A program made the position numbers and the translations under genes. Below are positions 59,719-64,000 of a stretch of DNA of 64,000 bases, piece by piece; position 1 is the first letter of the stretch; every line of letters starts with the position of its first letter. This DNA comes from an uncultured Acidobacteriota bacterium (GTDB taxonomy: Bacteria > Acidobacteriota > Thermoanaerobaculia > UBA5066 > Gp7-AA6), in assembly GCA_963763535.1 (NCBI GenBank), contig CAVXOX010000005.1, positions 27,605 through 91,604 on the forward strand, given 5' to 3'. A model generated the notes under the pieces. That model searched no databases and had not been told where the DNA came from. It saw nothing but the letters and a program-made list of their open reading frames with translations.

Positions 59719-61869
59719 ATGGCGCACATTCTGGCATGGGCACTCGCGACCGAGCTCGCGGGCCTCGCCGTTCTGCCGCCGCTGCGCGCGTTCTTCGGCA
59801 ACCGGCGCGACGCCGCGCTGCTCTCGCGGCCGATCGGCCTGGCGGCCGTCGCGTACCTGGGCTGGGTCCTCTCCCTCGCGACCACGTTCGGATTCCGGCG
59901 CGCCACGCTCCTGCTCGCGCTCGCGGCGATCGCGGCCGGCGGCCTCGTTCTGCGGCGCCGCGCCCCGGAGGGGTCCGCCGCGCGGGCCGACTGGTGGGGC
60001 GGGGAGGAGAAGCTCGCCGCGACGCTCTTCTGGGGCGCGTCGGCCGTGTTCCTGCTCATCCGCGCGTTCGGCCCCGCCATCCTCGGCGCCGAGAAGTTCA
60101 TGGACCTGGCGTTCCTGAACTCGCTCGCGCGGTACCCGGCCATGCCGCCCGCCGATCCCTGGATGAGCGGCAAGACGATCAACTACTACTACTGGGGATA
60201 TCTCCTCGCGGCCGCGCAGGCGAAGCTCTCGGGCGTGCCGCCCATGACGGCCTTCAACCTGGCGATCGCGACGTTCGCGGGCTCCTCCTTCGCCGCCGCG
60301 GCATGCCTCGGACTGCGGCTCTCCGGCGGACGGCTCGGCGTCGGCGTCGGCGCGGGCTTCGGCGCGGTCTTCGCGGGGAACCTGACCGGCGCGCTCGACG
60401 CGTGGAGCGCGCCCTTCGCCAAAGACTTCGACTACTGGCACGCCTCCCGCGTCATCGGACCGGAGAGCTTCAAGACCATCAACGAGTTTCCCTTCTTCAC
60501 CTTCTTCCACGCGGACCTGCACCCGCACCTCCTGGCGTTTCCCTATTTCATCGCCGCCTTCGCGGTCGCGCACCGCTGGATCGAGCGGGAGCGTCCGACC
60601 GGATGGCGCGGCGAGCTCCCGGCGATGCTGCTCGTCGCGCTCGTCGTCGGCACCGCGCGGGCCGCCAATTTCTGGAACCTTCCGGCGCTCGCGATCCTGC
60701 TCGTCGTCGGCGGCCTCTTTCGCGCGACGCGGGGGGCGCGGCTCCCGTCCCTCTCCGCCGCCGTCGGCGGGGCGCTCGAGGGCGCGGGGGTCCTCGTCGC
60801 CGCGCTGGTGCTCTTCCTCCCCTACACGCTGTCCTTCCAGCTCGCCCAGCGCGGCCTCGGGGCCGCCACGATGTTCTCCGGCGTTCTCGAGTTCCTGGGC
60901 ATGTGGGCCCTGCTCTTCCTCGTCCTCCTGCTGGGGCTGTGGCCGCGGAGCGCCGACGACTCCGAGGGCGCGCGCCGGCGGCGCGAGCTTTCCCTCGCGG
61001 TCGCCGCGGGCGTCTCGCTGCTCGCGGCGCTCGCGTCGGGGCGGCCCGCGATGGCGCTCGTCCTCTTCCTCGCCTTCCTCGCGGCCGGGGCGGCGTGGCG
61101 CTCGCTGCGCGGAGAGGCCGACGACCCGAACGGCGTCTTCGCCGCCTTCCTCGTGCTGCTCGGTCTCGGCATGGTCGGCGGCTGCGAGTTCATCTACTTC
61201 AAGGACACCTACGGCCAGGACCTGCAGCGGATGAACACGATCTTCAAGTTCTACCACCAGGCCTGGCCGCTCCTCGCGATCGGGGGCGCCGTCTTCGCCG
61301 GGCGGGCCCTCGACACCGCCCGGAGGAGCCGCTTCCTCCGCGCCGCGCTCGCCGCGGCGGTGCTTCTCTCCTGCCTCTGGCCGATCAACGTCGCGGTCTC
61401 CCGCTTCCGCCAGAAGGACGGGCCCCTCTCCCTGGACGCCCACGGCCCGCTCGTGCGCCGGAACAAGGGCGACGCCGCCGCGATCGACTGGCTGCTCAAG
61501 AACGCCCCGATGGGCTCCGTCCTCCTCGAGGCCTCGGGCGATCCGTACTCCGAGTTCGCGCGGATGTCGGCGCACACCGGCATCCCGACGGTGCTCGGCT
61601 GGGCGAATCACGAGGGCCTCTGGCGGGCGCGCGTGGGCGCCGAGGACCCGGAAGTGGCCGAGCGCCTGGCGGCGGTCAAGCTCTTCTACACGACGCCCGA
61701 CGCGCGGGTCGCGTGGCAGGTGGTCCAGAAGTACGGCGTCACCCACGTCGTGATCGGCGACATGGAACGGCGCACCTATGGGAACCCGGCGACCGCCGGC
61801 TTCTCCTTCCTCTACCCGGTCTTCATCTCCGAGGGCACCGCCGTCTACGCCGTCGCCCGGCCGAAATGA
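59719..61869 (+). CDS. DUF2298 / Chlor_Arch_YYY-domain polytopic membrane protein (716 aa)
   Basis: Signature KTINYYYWGY, more than 12 transmembrane segments and a C-terminal soluble domain. The stop overlaps the GT4 start (ATGA). Confidence 0.8.
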   Translation: MAHILAWALATELAGLAVLPPLRAFFGNRRDAALLSRPIGLAAVAYLGWVLSLATTFGFRRATLLLALAAIAAGGLVLRRRAPEGSAARADWWGGEEKLAATLFWGASAVFLLIRAFGPAILGAEKFMDLAFLNSLARYPAMPPADPWMSGKTINYYYWGYLLAAAQAKLSGVPPMTAFNLAIATFAGSSFAAAACLGLRLSGGRLGVGVGAGFGAVFAGNLTGALDAWSAPFAKDFDYWHASRVIGPESFKTINEFPFFTFFHADLHPHLLAFPYFIAAFAVAHRWIERERPTGWRGELPAMLLVALVVGTARAANFWNLPALAILLVVGGLFRATRGARLPSLSAAVGGALEGAGVLVAALVLFLPYTLSFQLAQRGLGAATMFSGVLEFLGMWALLFLVLLLGLWPRSADDSEGARRRRELSLAVAAGVSLLAALASGRPAMALVLFLAFLAAGAAWRSLRGEADDPNGVFAAFLVLLGLGMVGGCEFIYFKDTYGQDLQRMNTIFKFYHQAWPLLAIGGAVFAGRALDTARRSRFLRAALAAAVLLSCLWPINVAVSRFRQKDGPLSLDAHGPLVRRNKGDAAAIDWLLKNAPMGSVLLEASGDPYSEFARMSAHTGIPTVLGWANHEGLWRARVGAEDPEVAERLAAVKLFYTTPDARVAWQVVQKYGVTHVVIGDMERRTYGNPATAGFSFLYPVFISEGTAVYAVARPK

Positions 61870-63013
61870 AGATCCTGATGGCGATCGACTACTACCGGCC
61901 GCACGTGTCGGGGCTGACGCTCTACGCCGAGCACCTGGCGGAGGGCCTCGCGCGGCGCGGCCACGCGGTGCGCGTGCTGACCCACCGGCACGTCCCCGAC
62001 CTTCCGGTCGAGTCCGAGGAGAACGGCGTCGGCGTCGTGCGGGCGCCGGTCGCCGTCCGCTTCGGCAAGGCGCTCGTCTCGCCGGCGATGCTCGCCGACG
62101 CGCTCGCGGAGATCCCGCGCGCCGACGTGCTGCATCTGCACGCGCCGCTCGTCAACGCGATCTCGCTCGCGACGCTCGCCACGACGCTGCGCGTCCCGAT
62201 GGTCGTCACGTTCCACTGCGACCTGCAGACGCCGGCCGGGCCGGGGCAGCGCCTCGTCGAGAGCGTGGCGCGGGTCTCGCAGGACTTCGCGCTCGAGCGC
62301 GCGGCGCGCATCGTCACCTACACCGAGGATTACGCGCGCCACACGCGTTCGCTCGCCGAAAGGATCGAGAAGGTCGGCTGGGTTCGCCCGCCGGTCCCCG
62401 ATCCGCCGGAGACCGGGCGCACCGCGGCACAGGCGCGGGAGCGCTTCGGCGTCCACGGAGAGCCCGTGCTCCTCTTCCTCGGCCGCTTCGCCGAGGAGAA
62501 GGGACTCCCGGTGCTCGTGGACGCCTTCGCGGTGGTGCGCCGCCGCTTCCCCCGCGCGGTCCTGCTGATGGCGGGCGCCCGGGACGTTCCCGGCGAGACC
62601 GTGCTCGCGCGTCTGAAACCGAAGCTGGAGGACCCCGCGTCGGGGCTCCTCGCGCCGGGGATCGTGCCGCCGGAGGAGATCGGCGATCTGTTCGAGATCG
62701 CGGACGTGCTGGTCCTGCCCTCGATCAACGCGACCGAGTCGTTCGGCCTCGTGCAGGTGGAGGCGATGCTCCGGGGCGTTCCCGCCGTCGCGTCCGATCT
62801 CCCGGGCGTGCGCCAGCCCGTGCGCCTGACCGGCATGGGCGAGATCGCGCCGATCGGCGACGCGGCGGGCCTCGCGCGCGCGATCCTGAGGGTGCTGGAG
62901 GATCCCCACGGTACCGCCGGCCGCGCAACGAGATCCGCGCCCTGTTCTCCACCGACGACACTCTCGCCTTCTACGAGGCGACGTACGCGGCGGCGCGGCG
63001 GGGCGGCCCGTGA
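61866..63013 (+). pseudogene. GT4-family glycosyltransferase with a C-terminal frameshift
   Basis: GT4 fold (...EAMLRGVPAVASDLPGV...) is intact to about 62905. The authentic tail (...RNEIRALFSTDDTLAFYEATYAAARRGGP) is in another frame and ends at 63013. The shift lies between about 62900 and 62930. Confidence 0.7.
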
Positions 63014-63822
63014 CGGGAGGCTCCTCGGAGGCCATTCTCCGCGCGCACCTGCGCGAGATGCCGCTCCACCGCGTCCTCATTCGCGCGATCGAGGCGCGGA
63101 TCCTCTCGGAGGTCTCGTTCCCGCGGCCGATCCTCGACATCGGCTGCGGCGACGGCCACTTCGCCTCGGTCCTCTTCCCCGGCGGCGCCGATGTCGGCCT
63201 CGATCCCGGCATCGCCGATCTCGCCGAGGCCCGGGCGCGCCGCGTCTACCGGCTCGTCACCGCCGCGGACTCGGGCATCATGCCGTTTCCCGACGCGCGC
63301 TTCCGCTCCGTCGTGTCGAACTGCGTCTTCGAGCACATCCCCGCCATCGACCGGACGGTCGCGGAGATCGGGCGCGTGCTCGCGCCCGGCGGCGTGTTCG
63401 CGACGACCGTGATCGGCGACCGTTTCCGCGAGCTCCTGACCGACGCGCGGGCCTGGCGGCGGCTCGGCCTCGGCGGTCTCCACCGCGCGTACGTCGACTG
63501 GTTCAACCGCAAGGCCGTGCACTTCCACTTCGACTCGCCGGAGACGTGGCGCGCGCGGTTCGAGGCGGCGGGGCTCGAGGTCGTGCGCTGGCGCTACTAC
63601 ATGTCGCCGGAGGCGACGCGCGCGTTTCACCGCAGCCACTACTGGAGCCTGCCGCACCTCGTCTCGCGCCGGCTCACCGGCCGCTGGGTCCCGGCGCCGT
63701 CGCTCATGGACAATCGTTTCTGGGTGCGGCGTCTGTCGCGCTATGTCGACGAGCCCGAGCCGGAGCTCGGATCCTGCATCGCCTTCGTGTGTAGGAGAAA
63801 ACCCGAATCTCCTGTAAAATGA
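63010..63822 (+). CDS. Class I SAM-dependent methyltransferase
   Basis: Motif I (ILDIGCGDGHF) and Methyltransf_11-like (VVSNCVFEHIP). The GTG start overlaps the GT4 stop. Confidence 0.75.
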   Translation: MTGGSSEAILRAHLREMPLHRVLIRAIEARILSEVSFPRPILDIGCGDGHFASVLFPGGADVGLDPGIADLAEARARRVYRLVTAADSGIMPFPDARFRSVVSNCVFEHIPAIDRTVAEIGRVLAPGGVFATTVIGDRFRELLTDARAWRRLGLGGLHRAYVDWFNRKAVHFHFDSPETWRARFEAAGLEVVRWRYYMSPEATRAFHRSHYWSLPHLVSRRLTGRWVPAPSLMDNRFWVRRLSRYVDEPEPELGSCIAFVCRRKPESPVK

Positions 63823-63855
63823 TCGGCTTAGACTGCCTTTTCCATTGACGAAGAC

Positions 63856-64000
63856 ATGCGCTTCCTGATCACCGGTGGGGCCGGTTTCATCGGCTCGAAC
63901 GCGGCCCGCCGGCTGCGCGCCGAGGGACACGACGTCCTCGTTCTGGACAGCTTCCTGCGCCCCGCCTCCCGGTTCAACCGGGCCTGGCTCGAGCGCCTCC
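63856..64000 (+). CDS. NAD-dependent epimerase/dehydratase (5' fragment, continues beyond the window)
   Basis: N-terminal Rossmann GxxGxxG motif ([11 protein letters not shown]). Confidence 0.8.
   Translation, partial: MRFLITGGAGFIGSNAARRLRAEGHDVLVLDSFLRPASRFNRAWLERL

Overview
This is a high-GC (about 70%) bacterial chromosomal segment, densely coded on both strands, with no rRNA, tRNA, CRISPR array, IS element or prophage signal found. The signalling and envelope genes (FHA-GAF-cyclase, a 1185-aa Ser/Thr kinase with TPR array, LytTR two-component system, DUF2298) hint at Acidobacteriota, Gemmatimonadota or Myxococcota, with low confidence. The coding content is: (1) arginine deiminase pathway genes arcA-arcC without arcB, followed by a TonB-like gene; (2) housekeeping operons purB-rlpA, serC-type aminotransferase-serA-ddl, ribBA, methylmalonyl-CoA mutase, a 2-oxoacid dehydrogenase split into E1 alpha/beta at 29.4-31.5 kb and E2 at 50.8 kb, and lipB-lipA; (3) molybdenum-cofactor biosynthesis genes (moaA, moaB, moaC, mobA and a DUF1343-MobB fusion) next to a form-II-like CO-dehydrogenase/xanthine-dehydrogenase-family cluster coxG-coxS-coxL-coxM-xdhC; (4) signalling proteins: an FHA-GAF-adenylate/guanylate cyclase, a 1185-aa Ser/Thr kinase with zinc ribbon and TPR array, and a LiaF-like/LytS-type/LytTR three-gene module; (5) an envelope glycan cluster (DUF2298 'YYY' membrane protein, GT4, methyltransferase, epimerase). 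Unusual points are at least ten single-nucleotide frameshifts in otherwise conserved genes (phzF, coxL twice, coxM, LytTR regulator twice, GT4, and a Cys-rich secreted protein three times), a REP-like palindromic element present in two copies, a lower-GC islet carrying the decayed Cys-rich secreted-protein gene, a DUF1343(NamZ)-MobB in-frame fusion, a threonine-dehydratase-like gene with no canonical start codon, and several small repeat or hairpin elements. Many long ORFs in the supplied track are GC-driven artefacts that overlap real genes on the opposite strand and were not called.
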